Shown here: piece by piece, positions 20,277 to 30,614 of the stretch
Layout: every line of letters starts with the position of its first letter
Position numbering within the stretch: the first letter of the stretch is position 1
Assembly: GCA_963751275.1 (NCBI GenBank)
Contig: CAVVTZ010000014.1
Location: 32,001-96,000 of the forward strand
DNA from: an uncultured Gemmatimonadaceae bacterium
Lineage (GTDB): Bacteria > Gemmatimonadota > Gemmatimonadetes > Gemmatimonadales > Gemmatimonadaceae
Direction: 5' to 3'
DNA: 64,000 bases
The notes under the pieces: model-generated
What the model saw: only the letters and a program-made list of their open reading frames with translations
The model's database searches: none
What the model was told of the DNA's origin: nothing
Program-made: the position numbers and the translations under genes

Positions 20277-22728
20277 CTACTCCGCGCGCAGGGCCGTGAG
20301 CGGGTCGGTGGAAGCGGCCCGGCGCGCCGGGAGATAGCTCGCCAGCAGCGCGACCGCGCCCAATGCCGCGGGCACGATCGCGAAGACGAACGCATCGGTG
20401 GCGCTCACGCCGAACAGGAACGGTGTCATCGCGCGCGCGGCGGCGGCGGAGAGCGCGAGGCCGATCGCGAGGCCGATCGCGATGATCCGCACGCCATCGC
20501 GCAGCACCAGCCGCATCACGTTCGCGCGGTCGGCGCCGAGCGCCATGCGCACGCCGATCTCGCGCGTGCGCTGGCTCACCGAGTAGGCGATCACGCCGTA
20601 GAGGCCAGCCGTCGCGAGCAACAGCCCGAGCAATCCCATGACCGCGGTCACGGCGGCGGCGACGCGCTGCGGGAGGAGGGCCACGCTCGTGGCGGCTTCC
20701 ATCGTGAGCACGGCGGGTGCGGGCAGCAACGGATCCGCCCTCCGCACGGCATCGCGGATCACCGGCGTGAGCGCCGCCGCGTCGCCGGAGGTGCGCACCA
20801 GCAGGTTCACTTCCGGCCGCCAATTCTGCGCGAGCGGGAGATACATGTACGGCATGGGCGCTTCGTTCAGCGAACTGTACTTCGCGTCGCGCGCCACGCC
20901 GACGATCGTCACGATAGTCTTGCCGTCGCGCAGCGTCCGGCCGATCGGGTCCTTGCCCGGCCAGAAGTGCCGCGCGAAGGTCTCGTTCACCACCGCCACG
21001 TGCGCGGCCGACTCGCCATCGGACGCGAGCAGTCCGCGCCCGCGCACGAGCGGGATCCGCAGCACATCGAGGAACCCGGGCGAAACGATCGCGAAATCGA
21101 TGTTCACCTCGCCGTGGCGCGACTCCGCGCGCGGCGGATCGTAGCCGTCCACGGTCATCGACGTGCTCGAGCGGCTGTTGGTGAGCGGCAGCGTGCGGCT
21201 GTACCCCACGGCCGTGACGCCGGGCACCGCCGCGAGGCGCGCCGCGAGCACATCATAGAACGTGCGCGGCGCGCGCCTCGCTGTAACCCGACGTGTTCAC
21301 CGCCACCGGCGCGGTCGCGACCCCGCTCCGGTCGAAGCCCGGATCCACCCGCTGCCCGCGCCCCAGCGCGCGCACGAAGAGGCCGGCGCACACGAGCAGC
21401 ACGAGCGACAGCGCCATCTGCCCGATCACCAGCGCGTTCCGCGTGCGCGACCGGCGCGTGCCCGCCCCCGCGCTGTCGCTGCGCAGCGAGACGCTCGGAT
21501 CGCTCCGCGTGGCCTGCAGCGCCGGCGCGAGACCGAACACGATGCCGGTGATGAGCGCGGCGCCGAGCGCGAAGATCAGTACGCGAATGTCCGGCGCGAG
21601 ATCCACCGCGATCGGCAGCTCGGCGGGCAACTGGATCGTGTCGAACAGGTGCACGCTGCCGAACGCGATCAGGAGACCGCCAGCAGCGCCCGCGATGAAC
21701 AGCACGAGGCTCTCCGTGAGCATCTGCGACACGAGCCGCCCGCGCCCGGCGCCCAGCGCGATCCGCACCGCCATCTCGCGCCGCCGCGTCGTGGCGCGCG
21801 CGAGGAGCATGCCGGCCACGTTGACGCTCGCGATCACGAGCACCAGCGCCGACATCGCGAACAGCAGCCCGACGAACGCGTAGATCGCGCCGCTCGCATC
21901 CGCCGGGAATCCGGTCACCCGCGACAGCGCGACGCCCGTGAACGCCTGCAGGTCCTCCGGTTCCTCGCTCCGGTGCGCCGCCGAGATCGCCACCAGCTCG
22001 GCGCGCGCGCGGTCGATCGTGACGCCGTCGTTCAGCCGCCCGAACATCACGAGCCAGCCCGAGCCGGCGCTCGCGAGGATGCCCGCGCCGCGTCCCAGCG
22101 CCTCGGCCTGCATGAGCGGAACCCAGGCGTCGGTGCGGATCACCGGATAGACGCCGGTGAATCGCTTCGGCGCGACGCCGATCACCGTGTACGGAGAGCC
22201 GTTCACGATCACCGACCGGCCCACGACCCCGGAGTCTCCGCCGAAACGCCGCTGCCAGAAGCCGTGGCTCAGCACGATCACGGGATGCGCGCCGGGTGTG
22301 CGCGACTCGTCGGGCGAGAAGAAGCGGCCGAGCGCGGGGCGAACGCCGAGCACGTCGAAGTAATTCGCGGAGGCGAGATTCCCGAGCGCGGACGTGCCTT
22401 CCGCGCCGGTGCTGATGGTGAGTTGGATCAGGTCCCACGCGGCGACGCCGCGAAGCGAGTGCGACTCGTCACGCGTGTGCGAGTAGAACGGATACGAAGG
22501 GGTGAGCGATCCGCGGCCGTCACCCTGCGTGCGTCCGATCTCCACGAGGCGGCCCGGCTCGGCGGCGCCGGGAATGGGGCGGAGGATCACCGCGTTCGCC
22601 GCGCAAAAGATGGTCGTCACGGCGCCACTGCCGAGCGCGATGACGAGAACGGCGACAATGGTGAAGGCCGGGCTCTTCCGCAGCATGCGGAGGGCGTAGC
22701 GCAGGTCGGTCGTGACATTCGCAAGCAT
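20277..22728 (-). CDS. ADOP-type duplicated ABC/MacB-FtsX permease without ATPase, frameshifted near 21262
   Basis: DLRYALRMLRKSPAFT, RRREMAVRIALGAGR and QRTREIGVRMALGA; C-terminal DPLTALRAE. Confidence 0.9.
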
Positions 22729-22807
22729 GCAGGCTCCGCCAGGTTGCCGTATGCCAAGGCCTACGGCGCGGCGCACCTGGCGGTTTCCTTCCCGGCAGCG
22801 CTCAATA

Positions 22808-22929
22808 AGTCGTTAGTCGTACGCGTTTGGTCCGCGGCATGACAACGGATGACGTACGACTCTCGACCTCGCTCTCGCACCACACCATTCGTTGTCATGC
22901 CGCGGACTAAACGCGTACGACCAACGACT
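22808..22929. repeat. palindromic element, family B
   Basis: AGTCGTTAGTCGTACGCGTTTGGTCCGCGGCATGACAAC ... GTTGTCATGCCGCGGACTAAACGCGTACGACCAACGACT. Confidence 0.85.
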
Positions 22930-22947
22930 CATGGTTCGACGCGTGCC

Positions 22948-23493
22948 TCAGCCATTCCCCAATGTGAGCCGCTCGATCCCACCGGTCAACGAATCGCCGT
23001 CGTAGTCGAGGAAGACCGATCCTTCGGTGACGGTCATCGAGAACTTCACCCGGCGGTCGAGGCGGCTCACGAAGCCGTCGAGCAGATCGCGGTCCACGGC
23101 GTATAACTCGAGCGACTCCGCGCGGTGGATCTTCTCCCCCTCGTACGCGCGCAGGAAGAGCCGCGGATCCTTGTGCGTGTACACCGCCACGCGCGGGCTC
23201 GCCTTGCTCGCCTTGTGCAGGCGCGCCGCGTCGGGAGCGCCGACCTCTATCCACGCCTTGAGCGCGCCGGTGAGATCGCGCACGGTGATGGCGGGCTCAT
23301 CGGGCTCGCTCAGTCCCTTCGAGAACGCGATCCCTTCCGCGTACTCCAGGCAATACGCGAGCACGCGCGTCGCGAGGAATTCCTCGGACTCCGACGGATG
23401 CTGCGCCGCCTTGATCGCCAATGTCTCGTACACCCCGCGGTCGATGTGGCTGAGCGCCACATTGAAGTTGTACATCGTGGACGTCAGCGCCAC
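22948..23493 (-). CDS. yaeQ: YaeQ family protein
   Basis: GTG start MALTSTMY; AQHPSESEE, RVLAYCL, FSKGLSEPDEP and WIEVGAPDAARLHKA. Confidence 0.9.
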   Translation of the reverse strand: MALTSTMYNFNVALSHIDRGVYETLAIKAAQHPSESEEFLATRVLAYCLEYAEGIAFSKGLSEPDEPAITVRDLTGALKAWIEVGAPDAARLHKASKASPRVAVYTHKDPRLFLRAYEGEKIHRAESLELYAVDRDLLDGFVSRLDRRVKFSMTVTEGSVFLDYDGDSLTGGIERLTLGNG

Positions 23494-23497
23494 GCGG

Positions 23498-24328
23498 TCA
23501 CTTGCCGGGCGCCGATCGCGGCGGGGCACCCTTCATCGCACGGAATACCAGCGACTGCGCGCCCGCGCCCTGGAAGGCCACACTATAGTAGCCATACGTC
23601 TTGGGATTCACCTTCACGAGCGCGGCGTTGAGCGTCGTGAGCGACGGCGTCACCCGCTCCCGCAGCTGGGGCAGGTTGAGCCGCGACTTCTCGATCCCCG
23701 CCAGCGCGCTCGGCAGCATCGGATTGAGGACCGCCGTCACGATCGGCGATCCACGCAGCGTGAGCGTGGGCTTCACATTGTGCCAGCCGGCGGTCACCGC
23801 GTGGATGTCCACGGGCATGCCCGGCGGCGGCACGAGCGCGGTCACGATCACGTTCAGGTCGAACGTCGCGGTGTAATCGGCGCCCGCCTGCTGCACGGGC
23901 ACCATCGGCATCGGGCCGACCGTGCCGTCCGCCGTCCCCGCGAGGCTGTTGCCGGCGATCTCGTACGCGACGTGGATCGTGTCACCCGAGATCCACCCGC
24001 TCACGCTCAGCGACGGTCCGGTGGTGCAGCTCGTGATCTTGGGATGGACGGTCATCGGGATGTCGCCGGCCGGCGACTTGATGACGGACGGATAGTTGCG
24101 CGGATTCTCGATCTCCGACTTCAACTCGGCGCACAGCTGCGCGCGCGTCGCGGGCCACGAGGCCAGCACGCTCTGCGTGAGGAGGCGCGAGAAGGTCTGC
24201 GTCTTGATGCCGGCGCCCGTCAGTTGCACATCGCCGGTGACCGGCGCGCCAATGGTGGCCGGCGATGGCGCCGCGACGGGTAGTGTGAGCGCCAGCGCGG
24301 CGAGCGCGGCGGCGAAGGATCGGATCAT
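23498..24328 (-). CDS. secreted hypothetical protein
   Basis: Signal peptide, clean 276-aa ORF, stop 4 nt before the yaeQ start. Confidence 0.65.
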   Translation of the reverse strand: MIRSFAAALAALALTLPVAAPSPATIGAPVTGDVQLTGAGIKTQTFSRLLTQSVLASWPATRAQLCAELKSEIENPRNYPSVIKSPAGDIPMTVHPKITSCTTGPSLSVSGWISGDTIHVAYEIAGNSLAGTADGTVGPMPMVPVQQAGADYTATFDLNVIVTALVPPPGMPVDIHAVTAGWHNVKPTLTLRGSPIVTAVLNPMLPSALAGIEKSRLNLPQLRERVTPSLTTLNAALVKVNPKTYGYYSVAFQGAGAQSLVFRAMKGAPPRSAPGK

Positions 24329-24402
24329 GATGACGAACCTCGAACGGCAGATGGTTGCAATGCGAACAGGAATCTACCCCGCGTTCGCTCCGAAGTCCCG
24401 CA

Positions 24403-25518
24403 TCAGTCCGGCAGCCACTCCAGCGGCACGTCGCCGGCCCGCGCTTCCACCGCCGCGGCCTCCACGCGTGCCCGCTTCGAGGCCACGGTGCGCCACCACA
24501 TGTCCACGACGCGCTCGCGCGTGGGCTCGATGGGCTGCCCGAGCTTCGGCATCACGAGCGGCGCGCCCGCCGGCGGCGCGAGGCGCACGACGATCTCCGG
24601 CGGCTCGTCCCACGCATGCACGGCGAGGTTGAACGTTCCCCAGTGGATGGGCAGGAACGCGCCGGAGCCGAGCATGGTGTATGCCTTCACGGCGTTCGCG
24701 GGACCCATGTGGATGTCGCCCCAGGAGGGATGGAACGCGCCGATCTCCAGCGCCACCACATCGAAGGGGCCGAGGCGCTTCGCGATCTCGAGGTAGTCCG
24801 GCGTGAGCCCGCTGTCGCCGCTGAAGAAGAACGAGTGCTTGGGCCCGCGCAGATGGAACGACGACCAGAGCGTCGCGTTGCGGTCCTTGATCCCGCGCCC
24901 GGAGAAATGCTGCGACGGCGCCGCGGTGATCGTCACGCCGCGCACCGCGGTCTCCTCCCACCAATCGAGCTCGGTGATCTTCTTCGCCGCGATGCCCCAT
25001 CGCTCGAGATGCGCGCCGACGCCGAACGACGTGATGAACGGCACGCCCATGCGCGCGAGCGCACGGATGGTGCCGCGGTCGAGATGATCGTAGTGGTCGT
25101 GCGAGATGACCACCGCGTCGAGCGGCGGCAGCGCGGCGAGCGGCACCGGCGGTGGATGGAAGCGCTTGGGTCCGGCGAAGGGCAGCGGCGACGCGCGCTT
25201 CCCCCACACCGGATCGGTGAGCACGCGAACGCCGTCGATCTCGATGAGCAGCGTCGAGTGACCGAGCCAGGTGGCGCGCAGCCCCGAGTCGCTCTTCTTC
25301 GTCCAGAACGGCGCGGGATCGACCAGCGGGAACACGCCCGCCGGGATGCGCGGTTCGGTGGCACAGAGGAACTCGCGCAGCGTCGGGCGCTCCACCCCCT
25401 TCTTGAAGCCCGATGACACCGGCTGCGTGTTCACGAACGCGCGGCCGTTGAATCGTGGCGAGGCAGCGATGCGTTCGGCGCGCAGATCGTCCGGTGTGCG
25501 ACGTGACTTTCCTGACAT
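24403..25518 (-). CDS. MBL-fold metallo-hydrolase (RomA/NAPE-PLD-like)
   Basis: TWLGHST, LTDPVW, ISHDHYDHLD, PSQHFSGR, FSGDSG and PIHWGTF. Confidence 0.88.
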   Translation of the reverse strand: MSGKSRRTPDDLRAERIAASPRFNGRAFVNTQPVSSGFKKGVERPTLREFLCATEPRIPAGVFPLVDPAPFWTKKSDSGLRATWLGHSTLLIEIDGVRVLTDPVWGKRASPLPFAGPKRFHPPPVPLAALPPLDAVVISHDHYDHLDRGTIRALARMGVPFITSFGVGAHLERWGIAAKKITELDWWEETAVRGVTITAAPSQHFSGRGIKDRNATLWSSFHLRGPKHSFFFSGDSGLTPDYLEIAKRLGPFDVVALEIGAFHPSWGDIHMGPANAVKAYTMLGSGAFLPIHWGTFNLAVHAWDEPPEIVVRLAPPAGAPLVMPKLGQPIEPTRERVVDMWWRTVASKRARVEAAAVEARAGDVPLEWLPD

Positions 25519-25578
25519 GATTTCCCGGTTCGAGTCTGTATATAGAATGCGAAAGGTCCCATTGCCGAGGAGCCGGCC

Positions 25579-25881
25579 ATGAAGAAGAAAGCGGTTGGGA
25601 AGGCGAGGAAGGCGAGCGCCGTCACCAAGCTCGAGGACATCCCGAACGTCGGGGCGTCGATCGCGGGCGACCTGCGCCGGATCGGGCTCCATCTCCCGAG
25701 CGAACTTCCCGGCCACGATCCCTACGAAATGTACATCGCGCTCTGCCGGATATCGCGGAAGCGCCAGGATCCGTGCGTGCTCGACACGTTCATGGCAGCG
25801 GTGCGGTTCATGGAGGGCGCTCCGCCGAAGCCGTGGTGGAAGTACACCGCGGAGCGGAAGCGGGAGTATCCGGGGCTGTAG
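25579..25881 (+). CDS. helix-hairpin-helix protein (Cdd1/mitomycin-resistance-like)
   Basis: LEDIPNVGASIAGDL, DPYEMY, QDPCVLDTF and PWWKYT. Confidence 0.8.
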   Translation: MKKKAVGKARKASAVTKLEDIPNVGASIAGDLRRIGLHLPSELPGHDPYEMYIALCRISRKRQDPCVLDTFMAAVRFMEGAPPKPWWKYTAERKREYPGL

Positions 25882-25894
25882 GGGAAACAAAGCG

Positions 25895-25972
25895 TTTGAC
25901 AGGATGCACAAGATGATCATGATGACAACCCGTGAGTTGTTCCATCATGATCATCATGTGCATCCTGTCAAA
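25895..25972. repeat. palindromic element, family A (78 nt)
   Basis: TTTGACAGGATGCACAAGATGATCATGATG ... CATCATGATCATCATGTGCATCCTGTCAAA. Confidence 0.88.
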
Positions 25973-26012
25973 AGGCAGTGCTGTTTGTTCAACAGTACTG
26001 CCCTTACACGCA

Positions 26013-26828
26013 TCAGAGATGCTTCGATCCCAGCCACGCGAGACAGGCGTCGGCGATCTCGCGCCATCCGCTGTCGATCGTGAGCGAGTGCCCGCGTCCC
26101 GGGAATTCCTTCAGCTCGGTGGATGCGGCCGAGTGCCGGTAGCAGCGCTGCGTGCTGTGTGAGAGCACGGGCGGCACCGTGTGGTCCTCCATGCCGGCGG
26201 TGATGAGCAGCGGCCCGCGCGTCGCGTTCGCGGTGTTCACCTTGGTGGCCGACCGCGGGTTGAACGCCGCGGTCGCCGCCTGGAAGAGCGGCCGCGCCGG
26301 CGACGGCATGTTGTACTTCGCGTACAGTTCCTTGGCCTCGGCCTCCGGCACGGCGTTCGTGAAGGCGTAGCGGAATTGCGCCTCGGTGAGCGACACCGCC
26401 TTGCCGTAATTGAGCGGATTCCCGAGCGCCGGGAACGCGGCCTTGAGCGCGGAGGGCGGCAGCTGCCAGACGCCGCGAATGGGCGCCGGATCGATGGCGA
26501 TCGCCGCGCACGCGAGATCGCGGCCGAGGAGATTCTGCGCGAGCAGCCCACCAAAGGAGTGCCCGATGACGATCGGCTTGCGATTGAACTTGGAGAGCTG
26601 CCCCGCGATATGATTCGCGATCTCGGTGACACCGTAGCCGGCGACCGCGGTGGGGTTCAGGCGCGTGGCCAGCGTGGTCTCGCCGTCGCCGGGCCATTTC
26701 GCGGCGGCGGCCTCGTAGCCCTTCCGCTTGAAGTAGTCCACCCAGCGATTCCATGACTCCGCGTGCAACCAGAGGCCGTGGATGAACACGACGGGCGACT
26801 TTCCGGTGGGCTCGGCGCTCATGTGCAT
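26013..26828 (-). CDS. alpha/beta hydrolase
   Basis: VVFIHGLWLH, GHSFGG nucleophile, EDHTVP and GRGHSL. Confidence 0.88.
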   Translation of the reverse strand: MHMSAEPTGKSPVVFIHGLWLHAESWNRWVDYFKRKGYEAAAAKWPGDGETTLATRLNPTAVAGYGVTEIANHIAGQLSKFNRKPIVIGHSFGGLLAQNLLGRDLACAAIAIDPAPIRGVWQLPPSALKAAFPALGNPLNYGKAVSLTEAQFRYAFTNAVPEAEAKELYAKYNMPSPARPLFQAATAAFNPRSATKVNTANATRGPLLITAGMEDHTVPPVLSHSTQRCYRHSAASTELKEFPGRGHSLTIDSGWREIADACLAWLGSKHL

Positions 26829-26861
26829 GCTCCTGTGCTTGGTTGAAGATCACAGAACTAC

Positions 26862-26939
26862 TTTGACAGGATTGACATGATGATCATGATGGAACAACGC
26901 ACGAGGTGCCATCACGAACATCATGTTCATCATGTCAAA
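26862..26939. repeat. palindromic element, family A (78 nt), first of a tandem pair
   Basis: TTTGACAGGATTGACATGATGATCATGATG ... CATCATGTTCATCATGTCAAA. Confidence 0.88.
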
Positions 26940-26995
26940 TGATTTTGCTTTCCCACGCACGATTCACCAGTACAAACGGAGATCATACAACTGCT

Positions 26996-27073
26996 TTTGA
27001 CAGGATTGACATGATGATCATGATGGAACGACTCGCGCGTTGTCATCATGAACATCATGTTCATCATGTCAAA
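26996..27073. repeat. palindromic element, family A (78 nt), second of a tandem pair
   Basis: Same arms as 26862-26939 with a different loop; offset 134 nt. Confidence 0.88.
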
Positions 27074-27101
27074 TGCTTTGCGGTTCCCACGCACGACTCA
27101 C

Positions 27102-27142
27102 AAAAAAAAATGGCCGCGAACCGGGGAGGTTCGCAAGCCATT
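27102..27142 (-). terminator. rho-independent terminator of the desaturase gene
   Basis: Minus strand: AATGGCTTGCGAACC-tccc-CGGTTCGCGGCCA followed by a 9-T run. Confidence 0.8.
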
Positions 27143-27164
27143 GTGACGCTGAAACGCAGAAACG

Positions 27165-28265
27165 TTACCGCCAGGAGACCGGGACCGCCTCGGGCTTGGT
27201 CGCGAGGATCTCGGCGCCGGCGGCGATCTCGGAGGTGATCCGGTCCTTGATCGCGCGGAGGTCCTTGAAGCGCACGAGCTTGCCGGCGTCCTCATCCCAC
27301 AGCGTCAGGCGCAGCGTAGTGATGCTCTTCCACAGTGAGAGGCGCGTCACGTTGCGCAGCTCGGGATTCTCATCGTACGCGCGTTGCAGCTCGTAGTTCG
27401 GGATGCGGCTCGCGATGTGGTGGATGTGATGCAGGCCGATGCTGGCGGTGCACCACTGGAAGAAGCGCGGCATCGTGAGGTGCGACGCACCTTCGAGTCC
27501 CGCCGCGTAGTAGTTCCACTTCTCGCGATAGCGCCAGTACGTGTCCTCGTATTGGTGCTGCACGTAGAAGAGGAAGACGCCGATGGAGCCGGCGATGAGC
27601 GTGATCGGCAGCTGAACCTTGAGGAAGTTGACGATGCCGAGCTGCCACCACATCAGCGCGATGAGCGCGAAGAGCGCGACGTTCGTGATCTGCACGCCGA
27701 CGATCTCGCGCTTCCAGCCGCGCGGAATGTCGAGCGGCATGCGGTGTTTGAGGATGAACTGCCACGTAGGCCCCACGAGCAGGAGCACGGTGGGGTGGCG
27801 GTACATGCGGTAGAGTACGCGCTTGAACTTGGAGCGGCTCAAATATTCCTTCACCGTGAGCGTGTCGATGTCGCCGAGCCCGCGCACGTCGAGGTTGCCG
27901 CTCGTGGCATGATGGATCGCGTGGGTGCGGCGCCAGTACGCGTACGGCACGAGCGTGAACACGCCGAGCACACCGCCGACGAGATTGTTCATGCGCTGCG
28001 ACCGGAAGAACGATCCGTGTCCGCAATCATGCTGCAGCATGAAGAGCCGCATGATCATGAACGCCGCCGGCACGCTGAGGATGAGCGTCAGCCAGTAGCC
28101 GACCTTGAGGCTCCAGAGCGCGCCGAACCAGAACGCCGCGAGGAGCACGGACGTGACGACGAGCTGGAAGACGCTCTTCCACCCCACCGGATTCCGGTAG
28201 GGAGCGAGCATCTTGTTCCAGTCGATCGGCGGCGTCATGTCGGCCGCGGGCACATTTTCGGTCAT
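27165..28265 (-). CDS. membrane fatty acid desaturase
   Basis: Three His boxes: HDCGH, HAIHH and HHIHH; FYVQHQYE. Confidence 0.92.
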   Translation of the reverse strand: MTENVPAADMTPPIDWNKMLAPYRNPVGWKSVFQLVVTSVLLAAFWFGALWSLKVGYWLTLILSVPAAFMIMRLFMLQHDCGHGSFFRSQRMNNLVGGVLGVFTLVPYAYWRRTHAIHHATSGNLDVRGLGDIDTLTVKEYLSRSKFKRVLYRMYRHPTVLLLVGPTWQFILKHRMPLDIPRGWKREIVGVQITNVALFALIALMWWQLGIVNFLKVQLPITLIAGSIGVFLFYVQHQYEDTYWRYREKWNYYAAGLEGASHLTMPRFFQWCTASIGLHHIHHIASRIPNYELQRAYDENPELRNVTRLSLWKSITTLRLTLWDEDAGKLVRFKDLRAIKDRITSEIAAGAEILATKPEAVPVSWR

Positions 28266-28315
28266 GCCTTCAATCTAATCCATCGCGCACCCTAATTGAA
28301 CTGCTGACTACCGAC

Positions 28316-28508
28316 GTCGAGCGTGACACCGCGACGGCGAGCGTGACACCGCGGACGGCGAGCGTGACACCGCGGACGGCGCCTGTGATCGTTGACGTGT
28401 GGCAAAGGCGCCTCCGCGACGCATTCGCCGTTGCCACACGTTAACGACCAGACGCGCCGTCAGCGGCGCCAGCTTCGCCGTCAGCGTCGTCACACTCGCC
28501 GTCCGCGG
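28316..28508. repeat. palindromic element, family C (~21-nt tandem units)
   Basis: (GACGGCGAGCGTGACACCGCG)n-GACGGCGCCTGTGATCGTTGACGTGTGGCAA ... TTGCCACACGTTAACGA plus inverted units. Confidence 0.85.
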
Positions 28509-29422
28509 TTCCCACCTAGAATGCATTCGCGCAATTCACTCGGCGTCACGCCGACCTCACGCCGGCAGACCCCCACCAGGTGCGAGTGACTCGCGAATCC
28601 CGCCGCGTGCGCCACCGCGGACAGATTCCGTGTGCCGATCTCGTCCATCACGTGCCGCAGCCGGATCCCCACGCGGTACGCGTGCATCGTCTGCCCCGTC
28701 TCCTCGCGGAACACGCGGCACAAATGGAAGGGCGACGTGCCGAGCGCGCGCGCAATGTCACGCACCGAGCGGTTCTCGAAGGGCGAGCGGGCCAATTCCG
28801 CGCGCGCCGCTTCGGCCAGATCGCGACGGCGCGCCGCCGCACGCGCGCGGCGCGGAGCCTCGCGATCGCGCGCGTGCGCCAGGGCGAGTACCGCACTCAC
28901 GATCGACATGCCCTCTTCCTCGATCTCGAGCGCCGTCGCCCGTCCATTCGCCGCGCGCTCGCCCAGGATCCGCTGCCGCGCGGAGAGCCGCGCGTTCCCC
29001 GGCGCCCGCTCGAACTTGAACGGACGCTCGGGTGACTCCGCGGCCGCCGGCGCGTGCGAGCCCGCCACCTCGCGCGCCAACGGATCCGACAGCGCGATCC
29101 AGTCACACCGATCCCCCGCATCGGCGATCGGGAACCGCTCGTACCGCTGGCCGCGATCGTAGATCGTGATCACGTTCGGATCGGCGACGAACTTCCGCGA
29201 TCCCTCGTGCCGGATCCAGACGCTCGTGCGCGGGAAGACGACCACCGCCTCGCGGATGGGACCCGTATCGCGGAACGACGGATGCGAGCGGTCGCAACGG
29301 AAGCGACCGAGCGTCACGCCGCCGCCCTCGTACACGATGGTGTCGAGCGCGCGTGGTTCGCGTTCCGGGCAATGGCGTGGAAGCGGCGCCGCACGTTCAA
29401 CGTTTGCTTGAATGACCGTCAT
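28490..29422 (-). CDS. AraC-family transcriptional regulator (start uncertain)
   Basis: IARALGTSPFHLCRVFREETG and VAHAAGFASHSHL..RREVGVTPS. Confidence 0.88.
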   Translation of the reverse strand: MTVIQANVERAAPLPRHCPEREPRALDTIVYEGGGVTLGRFRCDRSHPSFRDTGPIREAVVVFPRTSVWIRHEGSRKFVADPNVITIYDRGQRYERFPIADAGDRCDWIALSDPLAREVAGSHAPAAAESPERPFKFERAPGNARLSARQRILGERAANGRATALEIEEEGMSIVSAVLALAHARDREAPRRARAAARRRDLAEAARAELARSPFENRSVRDIARALGTSPFHLCRVFREETGQTMHAYRVGIRLRHVMDEIGTRNLSAVAHAAGFASHSHLVGVCRREVGVTPSELRECILGGNRGRRV

Positions 29423-29437
29423 CCTGGAGGCTCCCGC

Positions 29438-30392
29438 ATGCGCCGTATCCTGTTCGCGTCGTTGGCACTACGTCTCGCGCTCGCCCCGTGTGTCAGCGCC
29501 CAGGCGGGCGCTGCACCGGCTGGCCCTGATACCCCGCCCGCCGACCAAATGCAGCGCGCGGCCGCGGCCTTCAATGCGTCGAACTGGAAGGACGCGAACG
29601 CCCAGTACGCCGCGATCGCGAAGAAATACCCCAAGAGCGCGCTCGCGCAGTTCCGGACGGGCGTCACGCTCACGGAACTCGGACGCCCCGGCCGAGGCGC
29701 TGCCGTACCTGCGTATCGGCGAGAAACTCGGCATCCCGCCCGGCAACGTGTCGTACCGTCTCGCCGAAGCGTTCGCCGAGATGAAGATGCCCGACTCCGC
29801 GATCGCCGAGCTCAAACGCGGCGCGTCGATCGGATTCTTCCTTCCGGCCTCGGCGCTCACCGGCGACGCACACTTCGCGAGCCTCAAGAGTCACAGCGAA
29901 TGGGCGGTGGTGCTCGATCAGTACGACGCGATCGTGCAGCCATGCCGGCACGACCCGCGCTTCCGCGAATTCGACTTCTGGATCGGCGATTGGGATGTGC
30001 GCCCGAACGGCGCGCCGGCGGGCGGGCCATCATCGCGCAACGTCGTCACGCTCGAGGAGAACGGGTGCGTCGTGATGGAGCATTGGACCGGACTCGGCGG
30101 CAGCACCGGCCAGAGCTTCAACATCTTCGACCGGTCCATGGGCAAGTGGCGCCAGACATGGGTGGACAACTTCGGCGGCCAGCACGACTACGCGGGATCG
30201 TTGATCGGCGGCAACATGATGTTCGAGGGGACGACCCCCGCCGCGAACGGCCAACTCGGCCGCGTGCCGACGAAGCTGACGTTCTTCCACATCAGCGCGG
30301 ATACGGTGCGACAGTTCTCTCAAACGTCCGCGGACAGCGGGAGAACATGGACGGTCGCGTATGATCTGATCTACGTCCGCCGGAAGCCGTAA
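29438..30392 (+). CDS. secreted TPR protein with a C-terminal FDFWIGDW beta domain, frameshifted near 29690
   Basis: GGAGG RBS, signal peptide and TPR-like helices, then FREFDFWIGDWDV..GQSFNIFD..WRQTWVDN. Confidence 0.72.
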
Positions 30393-30610
30393 CGGCGAGG
30401 GTGACGACGCTGACGGCGAGTATGACACCGCTGACGGCGCCTGTGATCGTTGACGTGTGGCAACTGCAACAGCGACGGCGCGTCTGGCCGTTAGGGTGTG
30501 GCGACTGCTAATGTGTCGCGGAAGCGTAGTTGCCACACGTCAACGATCACAGGCGCCGTCAGCGTCGTCACCCTCGCCGTCAGGGTCGTCACCCTCGCCG
30601 TCAGCCGTTA
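30390..30610. repeat. palindromic element, family C
   Basis: Same 31-nt core GACGGCGCCTGTGATCGTTGACGTGTGGCAA and its inverse, flanked by 21-nt units. Confidence 0.85.
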
Positions 30611-30614
30611 GCGA

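Noticed and set aside
28316..28400. CRISPR array from the ~21-nt direct repeats (also 26862-27073 and 60252-60473)
   Set aside because: Units are contiguous or only two in number, lack a series of unique spacers, are mirrored as inverted arms, and no cas genes are present.
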